Assembly (NCBI GenBank): GCA_022844165.1
Contig: JALHMH010000030.1
Coordinates: 1-57,271 of the forward strand
Reading direction: 5' to 3'
Length of the DNA: 57,271 nt
From: Lysobacterales bacterium
Lineage (GTDB): Bacteria; Pseudomonadota; Gammaproteobacteria; Xanthomonadales; SZUA-5
Positions 38,034 through 47,930 of this stretch are shown in pieces. Every line of letters starts with the position of its first letter. Position 1 is the first letter of the stretch. Made by a program: the position numbers and the translations under genes. Under the pieces are notes generated by a model. That model was not told the DNA's origin and did not search any database. It saw nothing but the letters and a program-made list of their open reading frames with translations.

Positions 38034-39704
38034 ATGACACACGACGTTTTCATCAGCCACTCGAACCAGGACAAGCACATCGCGCTCGCAATCTGCGCAC
38101 GATTGGAGGCAGATCGGATCCGATGTTGGATTGCGCCACGCGATGTTCCGGTAGGAAAGTCCTGGCCGGCGGCGATTCTCGATGCAATCGATCAGTGTCG
38201 CGTGATGGTGCTGGTTCTGTCATCGGCATCCAACGCATCGAAAGACGTCGGGCGCGAAGTCCAGTCTGCCGCTCAGTCCGGAAAGATGATCGTTCCCTTT
38301 AAGATCGACGATGTCATTCCGAGAAAGGAACTCGACTACTTTTTGAAGGACGTCCATTGGCTGGACGCAGTCACTCCACCAATGGCAGCCCACATCGAAG
38401 TGTTGGCGGCGCAACTTAAGGCCGCTCTCGAAATTGCCGCGCGGCGGACTGCTGAAGAACCTGCGTTACCCACGACACCCTCTTTGCCTTCCAATAAGTC
38501 CGGAAGTGCGACCTCGAACTCGAAGTCGACGAAGTTTAAGCGCAGTCTAGCCATCGCTGCGACCATTACCGCATTGGCGATTGGTTGGATCTATTTCTTT
38601 CGCTACGTGGACAAGCCAACAGCCGACGGCAAAGTCGCGGCGAGCGATAAAGTCACTGACCCATCGAGCAGACGATTTAGGGACACAATGGACGATGGCA
38701 CTAAAGGCCCGGAAATGCTCGCGCTGACCGGTGGAACGCATACCTTTGGTTCGCCCCCAAGCTCGTCCCTTGCCCAGCCAAACGAGAAACCGCAGGTAAC
38801 CATCCAGCTAAAGCCGTTCGCTGTCGCAGTGACCGAGGTCACGCGCGATGAATTTGCAGCCTTCGTGCAAGACACCGGTTACGTGACGCACGCCGAACGT
38901 CCAGGCGCCAAAGGCTGCGGCGTCTACATCGAGACCGGCTCGGGAACCGAGAAGAAATGGGCCTGGGTTGAGAGCCCAGATCACGATTGGAAGCGCCCCG
39001 GGATTCAACAGGAAGGCGATCACCCGGTGGTTTGCGTAAACCATGACGACGCAATGGCGTACGTCAATTGGATGCGCAAACGCTCAGGCAAACAGTATCG
39101 GCTGCCCAGCGAGTTTGAGGCCGAGTACTACATGCGGAGTGGTCGCTTTGACACCGAATACCCTTGGGGAGACACGATTGATGGCGGATGCGGTCAGATC
39201 AACGGCCAGATCGGCGAATGCCATGAAACTGATCCTCCGGGCAACCACAGCATGTCCGTCTACCAGTTGGATCCGAACACGCTTGGGCTCAAGCACGCGC
39301 TTGGCAATGTGCATGAGTGGACGAGCACTACTTACACCACCGCACTAGGAGACCCGAAAACCGCAACTCCTGGGAGCTACGTCATTCGCGGTGGTAGTTT
39401 CTTCAACCTGGCGGACACCATGCGCGGCGCCGCTCGCTGGGGTTGGCCGCAAGGAGCAATGCACTCGTTTATTGGGTTTCGGCTGGCACGGGATTTAGCT
39501 TCAGATGAGATTGCTTTAGCGCGAACGCAGCGCTCGCCGGATTCTCGCCACACATCCGGCCTGTCCGATAGCAAGCCACTTGAAGCCGACTCAGGATCGG
39601 AAGGCAGGAGGGTGGAAGGGCGATCCGGATTTGACCGCGCTCAAGAACCCCTACTCGCTCTCAGGCCAACATCCCGTCGTATGCGTCTCATGGCAAGCTG
39701 CTGA
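38034..39704 (+). CDS. TIR domain - single TM - FGE-sulfatase (C-type-lectin fold) protein; 3' tail probably out of frame
   Basis: TIR: HDVFISHS, CWIAPRDVPVG, SKDVGREV, IVPFKID. TM LAIAATITALAIGWIYFF after KSTKFKR. FGE: EVTRDEFAAFV, HPVVCVN, YRLPSEFE, GNVHEW, VIRGGSF, IGFRLAR. Confidence 0.88.
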   Translation: MTHDVFISHSNQDKHIALAICARLEADRIRCWIAPRDVPVGKSWPAAILDAIDQCRVMVLVLSSASNASKDVGREVQSAAQSGKMIVPFKIDDVIPRKELDYFLKDVHWLDAVTPPMAAHIEVLAAQLKAALEIAARRTAEEPALPTTPSLPSNKSGSATSNSKSTKFKRSLAIAATITALAIGWIYFFRYVDKPTADGKVAASDKVTDPSSRRFRDTMDDGTKGPEMLALTGGTHTFGSPPSSSLAQPNEKPQVTIQLKPFAVAVTEVTRDEFAAFVQDTGYVTHAERPGAKGCGVYIETGSGTEKKWAWVESPDHDWKRPGIQQEGDHPVVCVNHDDAMAYVNWMRKRSGKQYRLPSEFEAEYYMRSGRFDTEYPWGDTIDGGCGQINGQIGECHETDPPGNHSMSVYQLDPNTLGLKHALGNVHEWTSTTYTTALGDPKTATPGSYVIRGGSFFNLADTMRGAARWGWPQGAMHSFIGFRLARDLASDEIALARTQRSPDSRHTSGLSDSKPLEADSGSEGRRVEGRSGFDRAQEPLLALRPTSRRMRLMASC

Positions 39705-40185
39705 CGCCTTCGCATCGTGGCTTTCAGCGGAAACAGGGCATCGATACCGACTGCCAACGGAGCAAGAGCAGGAATACTTCATTCGCGCCGGTCAAGAAGG
39801 AACAGTTTTCCCTTGGGGCGACTCGTTTGCACCTGAAGGATGCAAGTATGTGAACGGGCTAAGAACTGACGCAGTCAACGCTGGAACCCCGTGCACAAAT
39901 GACGCATATGGATATCAGTTGTTGGCCGTGGGAAGCCTTAGCGCAAACGCATTCGGGCTGCACGACACGCTCGGGAATGCAGCAGAGTTCTCCTTAAGCT
40001 GCATGCGATCTGCGCCCGGCGCCGTCGGCGATTGTGCGCACCGAGTTGTCAAAGGAGGAAGTGCTTACGATGGAGTTTCTAAGCTGCGCGCCTCTTGGAT
40101 ATGGAGCTGGACCCCAGAACACATCACTCCTTGGATCGGATTCAGAATTGTCCGCGAACTGGAAAATGCCGATCCAAACCAGTAA
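39520..40185 (+). pseudogene. Second, N-terminally truncated FGE-sulfatase domain in the +1 frame
   Basis: HPVVCVSW, YRLPTEQE, FPWG, NAFGLHDTLGNAAEF, KGGS, IGFRIVRE. Frame is open from 39520, the TTG at 39580 has no RBS, and the first ~70 aa of the domain are missing. Confidence 0.7.
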
Positions 40186-40230
40186 TCCGGCGACCGGCGG
40201 GAAGCACACTTTCGAACTCGATCTTAGTTC

Positions 40231-41934
40231 ATGACCACGACCACATCAGCCCCAAATAGTCGCCTTCCGCTAGTCGTTCATGTCGCTTTCGCTGGCAAGC
40301 GCCGATTGCTGCCTGCCATCACAGTTCCATCAGTCGACGAGGGCAAATTTCACGCCGAGCTTGAGGCTGAACTTACGGAACGACTGCGCTGCCTGCCGGA
40401 CGAGCTGGGCCTGATGCCTGGCGATCAGATTTGCGCTATGTCCTCTCTCGCCAGGGGAGGCGATCTTGTCTTCACACGCGCATGCAGGGCGCTGGGGTGG
40501 CGTCAGCGCATCCTGCTGCCGCAGGCCCGTGAAGATTTTTTGCGTGCCAGCGAGGAGTCGAGTAGTGAATTGGGGGACTTCACTGCGGCCGAAGCAAACG
40601 AAGTGCGTACGTTGCTCAAGGGCAAGATGGTTGTCGAAGGTCCGAGCGTAAATACCACGGCTTGCCCTTCCTCGAACAATCCAACGGGTACTCAACTCCA
40701 CCTCATCGAGGAACGCGTGGTCAGCACGTCGGGCGATCGGGATACGCGCTTCGAAGACGTAAACCTAGAGATGTTGCGCGCCTGCGATGTGTTGATCGGT
40801 CTGTTGCCCGCCGAACCCGGTGAGAGCAAGCCTGCCGGCACTGAGGCGACGATGGCGCTGGCACAGCGCCGTTCGATTCCAGTGCTGGAACTGCGCGTCG
40901 CCGTGTCCGCAATCGGTAACCCCATGCTCAGTGAGAAGTGGCAGGGGTTGAAAGACCCGGAAACGGCTCAACCGCCTAAGTTGACTCCCACACTGCCTGA
41001 ACCGCTCAACGCCATCGATTGCGTAACTTGCGGACTAAACGATACGAGAGGGTATCGGCGAACACTACTCGACTTTGCGGATAAGACCGCCAACCACCGC
41101 CAAACCGTATTTCGTTGGGCGGCGCTCGCCATCGTCGGGGCGCATGTGATGGCCACTGCGCTGGCATTGCTTGCGCTGAAGGCCGACACCAAGCCTCTGC
41201 TGATTTGGCTATTGAGCGCGGAACTCATGTTCCTGGCAGCTGGCTTGAGTTACCACTGGTGGCTGCACCACTCCCATGCGGTCAGGCATTGGGCGATGGC
41301 ACGTCTGAGCGCGCAGATCGCAAGCTCGGTGAGCGCGCTTGCGCAGGCGCGTTGCACACTTGAGTACCTCCTGGATTTGCCGATGCCGCTGAGCCTGCGC
41401 CCGCTGCTGCGCACACTCAACGTGCTGCATTTGCAGGATTTGCGGATGCCGCAGCAGCCTTGGCAAGATCGCAGAACCGCCTACGTGCAGTCGCGCTTGC
41501 GCAATCCCGATCAAGGGCAGCTTGCCTACTACCAAGCCAAGTTGAAGCAAGCCCGCCGCTGGCTCAGCCTTGCACGCTGGGGCTTTTACTTGAGTTCAAT
41601 CGGCGCGTTTACCGCGACCGGACTTAAGTTGTCGATGAAGTTCAGCACCTGGCACTTGGCGGCGACCTTCGATCCTGCCGTGTCGCTCGGTTTCTTGGCA
41701 GTGTTGCTGCCCGTGATCGCGGTTGCGGGACTGTCGCTGGCCGCAGCGTTCGATCTTGAAGCGCGCGAACACATTTACGATGAAACGCTCAAGTTCCTGG
41801 AACAACAAACACGGTTGCTGGACGCAGCCGTCAGCGAAAACGAGTTCTCCACACTGGCCGTGGAAACCGAGCGACGATTGCTTGGAGAAACTGCAAATTG
41901 GTACGCGAGGCGCGCGTTCACCGGCATCGCCTAA
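40231..41934 (+). CDS. SLOG-like nucleotide-binding domain fused to two SLATT-like 2TM units (paralogue 1)
   Basis: VAFAGKRRL, SSLARGGD, LRACDVLIGL, AGTEATMALA..IPV; four TMs; HWAMARLSAQ, QLAYY, ERRLLGETANW. Confidence 0.75.
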   Translation: MTTTTSAPNSRLPLVVHVAFAGKRRLLPAITVPSVDEGKFHAELEAELTERLRCLPDELGLMPGDQICAMSSLARGGDLVFTRACRALGWRQRILLPQAREDFLRASEESSSELGDFTAAEANEVRTLLKGKMVVEGPSVNTTACPSSNNPTGTQLHLIEERVVSTSGDRDTRFEDVNLEMLRACDVLIGLLPAEPGESKPAGTEATMALAQRRSIPVLELRVAVSAIGNPMLSEKWQGLKDPETAQPPKLTPTLPEPLNAIDCVTCGLNDTRGYRRTLLDFADKTANHRQTVFRWAALAIVGAHVMATALALLALKADTKPLLIWLLSAELMFLAAGLSYHWWLHHSHAVRHWAMARLSAQIASSVSALAQARCTLEYLLDLPMPLSLRPLLRTLNVLHLQDLRMPQQPWQDRRTAYVQSRLRNPDQGQLAYYQAKLKQARRWLSLARWGFYLSSIGAFTATGLKLSMKFSTWHLAATFDPAVSLGFLAVLLPVIAVAGLSLAAAFDLEAREHIYDETLKFLEQQTRLLDAAVSENEFSTLAVETERRLLGETANWYARRAFTGIA

Positions 41935-42033
41935 CCGGGTTTGCAACGCATCCAGTCCGTCGCGATTTCGCGATTTCGCGCCGTTCGCTCCCTATCGACT
42001 GACCGATTGTAAGACAATCGCACGCATTGGAAG

Positions 42034-45000
42034 ATGCCGAGAATCATGACGCCAGCGTTCGACATCTTCATCTGCTATCGCCAATCCCTTTCCGCTTGGC
42101 CGGCGGTGCTTTTGTACAACCGCTACTTCGAGGCCTTCGGCGATACGGTCTTCATCGACCATGAGTGCCTACGTGCTGGAAAACACTGGCGTGACGATAT
42201 CGATGCGGTGATTGCCGACACATCCGTGATGGTGGTTCTTTTGAGCCCCGGCTGGATCGACGTGATCGAAAGGAAACGCGCCAGCAACGAAGCCGACGAG
42301 GTCATTCGCGAAGTTTGCGTCGCTCTCAAGTTCGACAAGCCTCTGCTACCCGTTTATCTCGACGACTCAGCAAGCGCATCGGCGGCGCGCGACAAGTTTT
42401 CGGATGGAACGGACCAGCATCGCGCAATCCAAGCGCTCGCTGACGCACATAGCGTCAGGTGTCGCTCCTCAACGAGCGATATCGATCTCGGCACACTGAT
42501 CGAAGAGACAACGGCGTACTTGCCACGCTTTCCCAAACGGTTTGCGCATCGTTGTCGGGAGCGACTGGAGCGGCAGCTTTCTGGCCATCCCATCGCTGGC
42601 GCGTGGGACGAGAAGTTCGAGTCATTTTTGTCGGCCTTGCGCCGGCCGGAGCTTGACAAAGCGATCAGCGATGCGTCGTTCCTAGAGCACCGGCTGCTGG
42701 TTATCAAAGGCGAAGAGGGCATGGGAAAGACCTATGCCCTGGGTTGGGCGATGCGGATGTTTGGCGACGGACCCGTGTTGCTCGTTGAGGCGCGCGACGC
42801 CATTTGGACCGCAGGTTTTGTGGCGGGCGTGGAGGCGGTTTTGCTCGCTGGCGATGCTCAAGCATCGTGCGCGTCCGGGCAACGATGTCTGGCCAGCACG
42901 GCGGAACTGAATCTCGCGATGGCGCAGCCATTGCTGATCGCCATCGACGGTCTCAATGAATATCCAACTCGGGACTGGTGTGAGCTTCTCAACGAAGGTC
43001 TCGCATCGATTGCGAGTGGTCGTCCGTGGAGGATCGTCGTCAGTGTTCGGACCGATGCCTGGGCTGATCGATTTGAGCGCCGACTGCGCCGACAACATGG
43101 GTCGTTGGAAGTACCCAAACTCACGCTCGGCGAATGCAAATTGCTCGCTGAGCGACTGAGCTTTCGATGGGAAGACGTTGACTCCGAGGTGCGCGAACAA
43201 CTTCGCAGGCCGCGAATGCTCATGGCGGTCGCGGGAATACCGCCGGACCGATTGACCGGCTTTGAGTTGAGCTATCCGCTGGTCATGCTGCTGCATCTTC
43301 AGCAGTCGGGCGACGACGCGATGCTGAACTTCGACACCATCTGCGACACGCTCCGCGAAATCGGTCGCGTCACGAATCAGAAGCTGGCCTTGACGCGAGA
43401 CGTGCTGCGCGAGCAACTGAGCGGCTTGTCCGAATCGAACTTCGAACTCGGTCTTGAGCAGCTATGCGATTTTGGCGTGTTGCATCGCCGCAATGGCAAG
43501 CTACGAGCGCATCCGAAAGCGACTTGCGTTGCACTTGGGCTCTATCTGCTCGGCGAATTGAACTCCCAAGAAAAGCCGGACTTCGTCGCGCTGCGTGAGC
43601 ATATCGCTCGTTTCATCTGCGACAGCGACCACGAATCCGTTTCGGAGGTGTTGAGTCACGCAATTGTTGCGCGACTCCTGCCGCGGATCGACGGCTCGCC
43701 AACTCCGTTGGATGAGTACGATCCGATGCTGGCGGCACTTTTTGTTGAATGGGATCGCCGCTTCAATCGCGACTACGCGCCAGCGCGACTCGCGCGCTGG
43801 CTGCTGCCCGAGTTTCTCTGGCTCTCTGAGAACAAGTTGCTTTCCGACCGCCTGGACTGGCTTCAAAGCGCCATCGACGGCGGCCCGCGAAGCGAGTGGG
43901 CTCCCGTGTTTGCGAAGCGGCTCGACCGTTGGTTCAGCGGCGTCAACTTGGAAAACGACGGACACACAGGCCCAGGACCGGCGGACGAAGCAGAAATCGC
44001 GAAACGTCATGACCAGTTTCAGCAAGCCAGGGCACTGGGCAACCTTATAGAGGTGGGAGAGCAAGAGTCCCGTTTACGTCGCCTTGGGCTCGAACTTGCG
44101 GCCCGCTGTTCTATCGATCCGCGGTCGGTGAACCTACTAGCGCTGGTTCTCTCCGTGACGGTGCAGCCAGCGGGCGGCTGGGATGAACTGGGGAAATGGG
44201 TGCGCACATACCGAGTTGATTGGTGGCCGATTTTGGAACCGATATGGCAACGGGTCCACAGCGCACAAATCGACAATGAACTCAGAGCGGATGTCGCGAA
44301 GTTGTTGTTCTTGTTGTGGCCCACGGATGGTTGCCGGCAGCTCGTTCAACCTCCGGATCCGCAGCATCATCGACCAAAGTTTGCGGAACCCATCGACTAC
44401 ACTCGCCTCGTCGACGCAATGCAATTGCCGGACGGCGACGCTGAGATGCGCCTCCGCCGCAAGCTGGACAGCAATGGGTTGTATGCGCGGGACCCGGAGC
44501 TGGCTGCGGCTGCACTTTGGCTGCCAACGCGTCTGCAGCAGTATTGCGCCGAGCTTGTCGATCGCGTCAGCGACAGCAGCAAATCTATCGATTTCTTTGG
44601 AACGAAGCTGGCGGCGCAGGCACCGCTACTGACTCCCGAACAAACGCGCCGATTGCGAAAACTCGTGCGCGAACGTACCGACATCGAACGCGCACAAAGT
44701 GGGCACTTGGGTTTTGCGGGATGGTTCAATCTGCCAGATGCCCGCCGGGCTAGCGCTGTGTTGTCGCAAATGCGCGAAAACAACCTCGCAAAGGATGCGC
44801 TGCGGGGCGCGTGGCTTTCAGTGAGAACAGCCGCCGCCGTAACTCGGCGTCTCTCGTCGAAGCGCTGGCAATCTGTTCAAGGGCGAATCGCGCAATGGCT
44901 ATTGGGAGTGTTCGACGCGACCAACGAATTCGCGATTCGCGATGCGCTAGTGCAGGTGCTGCCGCTGCTTCACGCGAGTGAGTTCTCGGATTCTGCTGAG

Positions 45001-46059
45001 TACTGGCTACTGCTGCTTTGCCTGGCGTTCGAACTTGAATCGGACGCGACCCATTTGATTCCGAGTGGGTGGCGGTACGTATCGGACGAGCAGTCGCACA
45101 ACAAGATCGACCTCGCGAGAAGTGCGATTCTGGCGGAGTCCGGCTCGCTGGCGCCCGATGAAATTCGGCAACTCTGTCATCGCGATCATTGGCATCTGGT
45201 CGCCGAGCCGGAACGCACGCAGTTCCTGGCTGAGCGCATTTCGATCAATCGAGCAAAGTTCTTTTCGCGAACGTCGATGCCGATGGACGACACACATCGG
45301 ATACGGGAAATCGTCGACAGCGATCCGGACTTCGTCGCTGAGGTGATAGCCGACCCCGGGCCACTGCGTGTCAATCGAGCCGAAGATGTCGCGGCTGCGA
45401 TTAAGCCAGGTTCATCGCCGCATTGGCTCGACCTAGTCACCCTGGTGTGTGCCCAGCCCTCGCTGATTCGCACGACCGTCAATGGAATAGGCCAAAAGTT
45501 CATTGTTGCATTCAAGGCAGCCGATTCTGAGCAAATGCGGCGATCTTGGGATGGCCTGCTCGACGGCGTTGAGCATGATGCAGACTTACTTCAGCTGGTG
45601 ATCGCTGCGAAACGAGGGCATCGTGCGCAATGGCTGGCCGACCGAGCGCAGATCGCAACTTCGGCGATTCCACACCGGCAACTGCGCGCCGCAACCATCG
45701 CCGCGATGATCGGCTCGGAGCGAGCGCCGATGGACATCGAACGCGCGAAAGTCGGCAACGACGGGTGGATTGCTAAAGGCTTTGAGAACGCGCTGGCCAT
45801 GTATCAGACCGACCAGTTGGCCCAAGCTTGGTATCGCCGTTTCAGAGCGTCAACCAATTGGTTCGAGGCTGTGGGTAGCTGGAGCATGCACTGCCAGTTA
45901 CTCGACTTGCGCCACCTCCTTTGGGACCGAGACTCGCTTCCACAGTTCGCGCTCGCAGAAAGCGCACGCTTCGAATACGCTCGGCGAAACGACATCAATC
46001 ACGCTTGCGAGAATCGAGCCAAGGAGCTTCGGAAAACACGGTTTGGGATCGTGATCTGA
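42034..46059 (+). CDS. TIR - STAND/NACHT-like NTPase with long helical C-terminal region (Avs/bNACHT-like)
   Basis: TIR: IFICYR, VFID, LRAGKHW, VVLLSPGW, VIREVCVAL. Walker A GEEGMGKT, Walker B LIAIDGLNE, sensor-1 IVVSVR, LRRPRML; about 800 aa helical tail. Confidence 0.85.
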   Translation: MPRIMTPAFDIFICYRQSLSAWPAVLLYNRYFEAFGDTVFIDHECLRAGKHWRDDIDAVIADTSVMVVLLSPGWIDVIERKRASNEADEVIREVCVALKFDKPLLPVYLDDSASASAARDKFSDGTDQHRAIQALADAHSVRCRSSTSDIDLGTLIEETTAYLPRFPKRFAHRCRERLERQLSGHPIAGAWDEKFESFLSALRRPELDKAISDASFLEHRLLVIKGEEGMGKTYALGWAMRMFGDGPVLLVEARDAIWTAGFVAGVEAVLLAGDAQASCASGQRCLASTAELNLAMAQPLLIAIDGLNEYPTRDWCELLNEGLASIASGRPWRIVVSVRTDAWADRFERRLRRQHGSLEVPKLTLGECKLLAERLSFRWEDVDSEVREQLRRPRMLMAVAGIPPDRLTGFELSYPLVMLLHLQQSGDDAMLNFDTICDTLREIGRVTNQKLALTRDVLREQLSGLSESNFELGLEQLCDFGVLHRRNGKLRAHPKATCVALGLYLLGELNSQEKPDFVALREHIARFICDSDHESVSEVLSHAIVARLLPRIDGSPTPLDEYDPMLAALFVEWDRRFNRDYAPARLARWLLPEFLWLSENKLLSDRLDWLQSAIDGGPRSEWAPVFAKRLDRWFSGVNLENDGHTGPGPADEAEIAKRHDQFQQARALGNLIEVGEQESRLRRLGLELAARCSIDPRSVNLLALVLSVTVQPAGGWDELGKWVRTYRVDWWPILEPIWQRVHSAQIDNELRADVAKLLFLLWPTDGCRQLVQPPDPQHHRPKFAEPIDYTRLVDAMQLPDGDAEMRLRRKLDSNGLYARDPELAAAALWLPTRLQQYCAELVDRVSDSSKSIDFFGTKLAAQAPLLTPEQTRRLRKLVRERTDIERAQSGHLGFAGWFNLPDARRASAVLSQMRENNLAKDALRGAWLSVRTAAAVTRRLSSKRWQSVQGRIAQWLLGVFDATNEFAIRDALVQVLPLLHASEFSDSAEYWLLLLCLAFELESDATHLIPSGWRYVSDEQSHNKIDLARSAILAESGSLAPDEIRQLCHRDHWHLVAEPERTQFLAERISINRAKFFSRTSMPMDDTHRIREIVDSDPDFVAEVIADPGPLRVNRAEDVAAAIKPGSSPHWLDLVTLVCAQPSLIRTTVNGIGQKFIVAFKAADSEQMRRSWDGLLDGVEHDADLLQLVIAAKRGHRAQWLADRAQIATSAIPHRQLRAATIAAMIGSERAPMDIERAKVGNDGWIAKGFENALAMYQTDQLAQAWYRRFRASTNWFEAVGSWSMHCQLLDLRHLLWDRDSLPQFALAESARFEYARRNDINHACENRAKELRKTRFGIVI

Positions 46060-46121
46060 AAGCAGTCGGGACGAGAATCCTATGGCTAGTTACACAGGCG
46101 AGTTGGACTGAGGCGCAAAGA

Positions 46122-46140
46122 CGTTCGGCAAAGCCGAATG
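46122..46140. terminator. Hairpin between convergent genes
   Basis: TTCGGC-AAA-GCCGAA; no strong U tract. Confidence 0.3.
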
Positions 46141-46142
46141 CG

Positions 46143-47741
46143 CTACTTCGTGGCCGGCGCTGGATTGCGGCCTTTCGTCAGCGCGTCGAAATCGTAGTAG
46201 AACAACAAGCCAGTTCGGACTTCTGAACGTCCTTTACGGTCCTGCGGTGCATCGACATAAAGTCTCGCGGCCAACTTGAAGGCACCTATGCCGAGTCCTG
46301 GAAAGCGCAACTGACCGTCAATCACCCAACGATCATCGTCCGACGATGCGAAGGGCAAAGCGCGGTCGCGATCGCGCGGAATGTCGTCCCAAAAGTTGTC
46401 GTGCGCGGCGCCGATAAAGAACTGTCCCTGTGCGCCGTCCAGAAAAGGCGTTTGCGTGTGCAGCCCGAGAAACATCCTTGAGTCCGCATTCAACTCGCTC
46501 TCGCTGCCATCCGACGCAGCGGTCATACCGACACCGAATTGCATGCCCATGGTCTCGTTCCAGTGCATCTGCATACCGGTGTTGACGCGAAACACGCCAT
46601 CAATCTCGCCCAATGGATCGCCTGGGGATGTCGTGTTGCGCCCTGGCAATCCGCTATCGGAGACATACGACACTTCGGCGAATGTGCGGCACCAGGCAAA
46701 AAACTTTGCGCAGTTGCGGCGCTCTCGAATCGGCGTCTGATCATCCATCAAGTTGGAAACAAAACGTGTAAACGGAAACCCACGGAACGCATCGGACTCG
46801 GTCCGAAACAGAAACTCGCCGCCGGATTTCCATCCATTGTCGGCGCGCAGCGAATACGAGGGCCCGCTGAAGATCGCATAGTTGCGTAGGTTGGAGTAGG
46901 TCAGCCCCTGCGCTCTGGCGAAAAGCCGATCGACCTGCGAGCGCCTTGCGACGATCTGTTTGGTGCGCGCATCGCCAGCATCCAAAGCCACCAGTTTGGT
47001 CTCGGCGTCGACGAACTGCCGGTAGTACATGGCTGCTTGATCGATACCGAACTCCACGCACCGCGAAAACGACAGCTCGCGCTCGGTGCAAGCGGGTGGC
47101 TGCTGCCCAAGATCGAGGTAGGACGCAGCAGCGTCCAGTACCGCGCCCAAGCTGCTCGCCGACACCGAGGCCAACTTGAACGAATCAGCAATGAGCGCTT
47201 CTTTCTCTGCTGCCGCATCTGCTTTGACGGCGTCGGCAACTTTTGCGATTTCGCGCTCGGTTCTTGTCGCCTCCAAGACCCTGCCGGCAAGCACTGATTG
47301 CCGGACCAGCAACTGCTCCGTTCCCTCGATCGTTTCGATCGCAGCACCGGCGCCCTTCCTCGCTCCGTCACCAGCAGGCGGCGCTGACGTGGCTGGCCGC
47401 GCAGCTTCGGCGACACAAAGTGCGTCCAAGGCTTCGTACATCTCAACCACGAAGGCGTCGGCGTTCAATCTGCCCGCGCGCGTGGCGCGGCTCAGGGCCT
47501 GCGGCAATAAATACTCAATCAAGACGGTATCGTAGGCCGCCGGCCATTGACGATCCGCCAGTAACGCAACCACACGATCGAACTGTGGCGTTGCACCGCT
47601 GGACACTCGCCAGCGTACGGCATCCTCTGCGGCGGCGCTGAGATGCACTGCCTTTCCGTCTTTCCCGCAAGGTTCGGCTGCGGCTGTGGACGCCCAGAGC
47701 ACACCAACGGATGCCAGTATCCACCCTTTGCGAAGCAACAT
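46143..47741 (-). CDS. Exported protein: helical N-terminal half plus putative C-terminal outer-membrane beta-barrel
   Basis: Signal peptide ending TAAA-EP; about ten alternating strands (GGEFLFRTE, TFAEVSYVS, FRVNTGMQMHW, MQFGVGMT, MFLGLHTQ, WVIDGQLRF, LAARLYVD, VRTGLLFYYDF). Confidence 0.7.
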   Translation of the reverse strand: MLLRKGWILASVGVLWASTAAAEPCGKDGKAVHLSAAAEDAVRWRVSSGATPQFDRVVALLADRQWPAAYDTVLIEYLLPQALSRATRAGRLNADAFVVEMYEALDALCVAEAARPATSAPPAGDGARKGAGAAIETIEGTEQLLVRQSVLAGRVLEATRTEREIAKVADAVKADAAAEKEALIADSFKLASVSASSLGAVLDAAASYLDLGQQPPACTERELSFSRCVEFGIDQAAMYYRQFVDAETKLVALDAGDARTKQIVARRSQVDRLFARAQGLTYSNLRNYAIFSGPSYSLRADNGWKSGGEFLFRTESDAFRGFPFTRFVSNLMDDQTPIRERRNCAKFFAWCRTFAEVSYVSDSGLPGRNTTSPGDPLGEIDGVFRVNTGMQMHWNETMGMQFGVGMTAASDGSESELNADSRMFLGLHTQTPFLDGAQGQFFIGAAHDNFWDDIPRDRDRALPFASSDDDRWVIDGQLRFPGLGIGAFKLAARLYVDAPQDRKGRSEVRTGLLFYYDFDALTKGRNPAPATK

Positions 47742-47930
47742 CGCCGTTTCCCCATCCTGGTTGTTACCTCTCCAGGATTGGCGGACGGGGAAAATGTCTC
47801 ACCTCGGGCGACGATGATCAACGAACGTTCGCCGCCTGCTTGCGGCTGGCCCGGACTTTTGAAGACAGCTCATTGATCGGATCGATTTGGCGCGTCACCA
47901 CGCACAGCACCATGCGCATCGGCACTCAAG

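Noticed and set aside
38700-40185. Diversity-generating retroelement targeting the FGE/C-lectin domains
   Set aside because: No reverse transcriptase in the window and no near-identical TR/VR pair differing at adenines; the two FGE ends are highly diverged. A remote DGR cannot be excluded.
41929-42015. attC-like site (GCCTAAC at the SLATT stop, TCGCGATT tandem, GTAAGAC)
   Set aside because: No proper GTTRRRY partner or paired L boxes, no similar sites after neighbouring genes, and no integron integrase.
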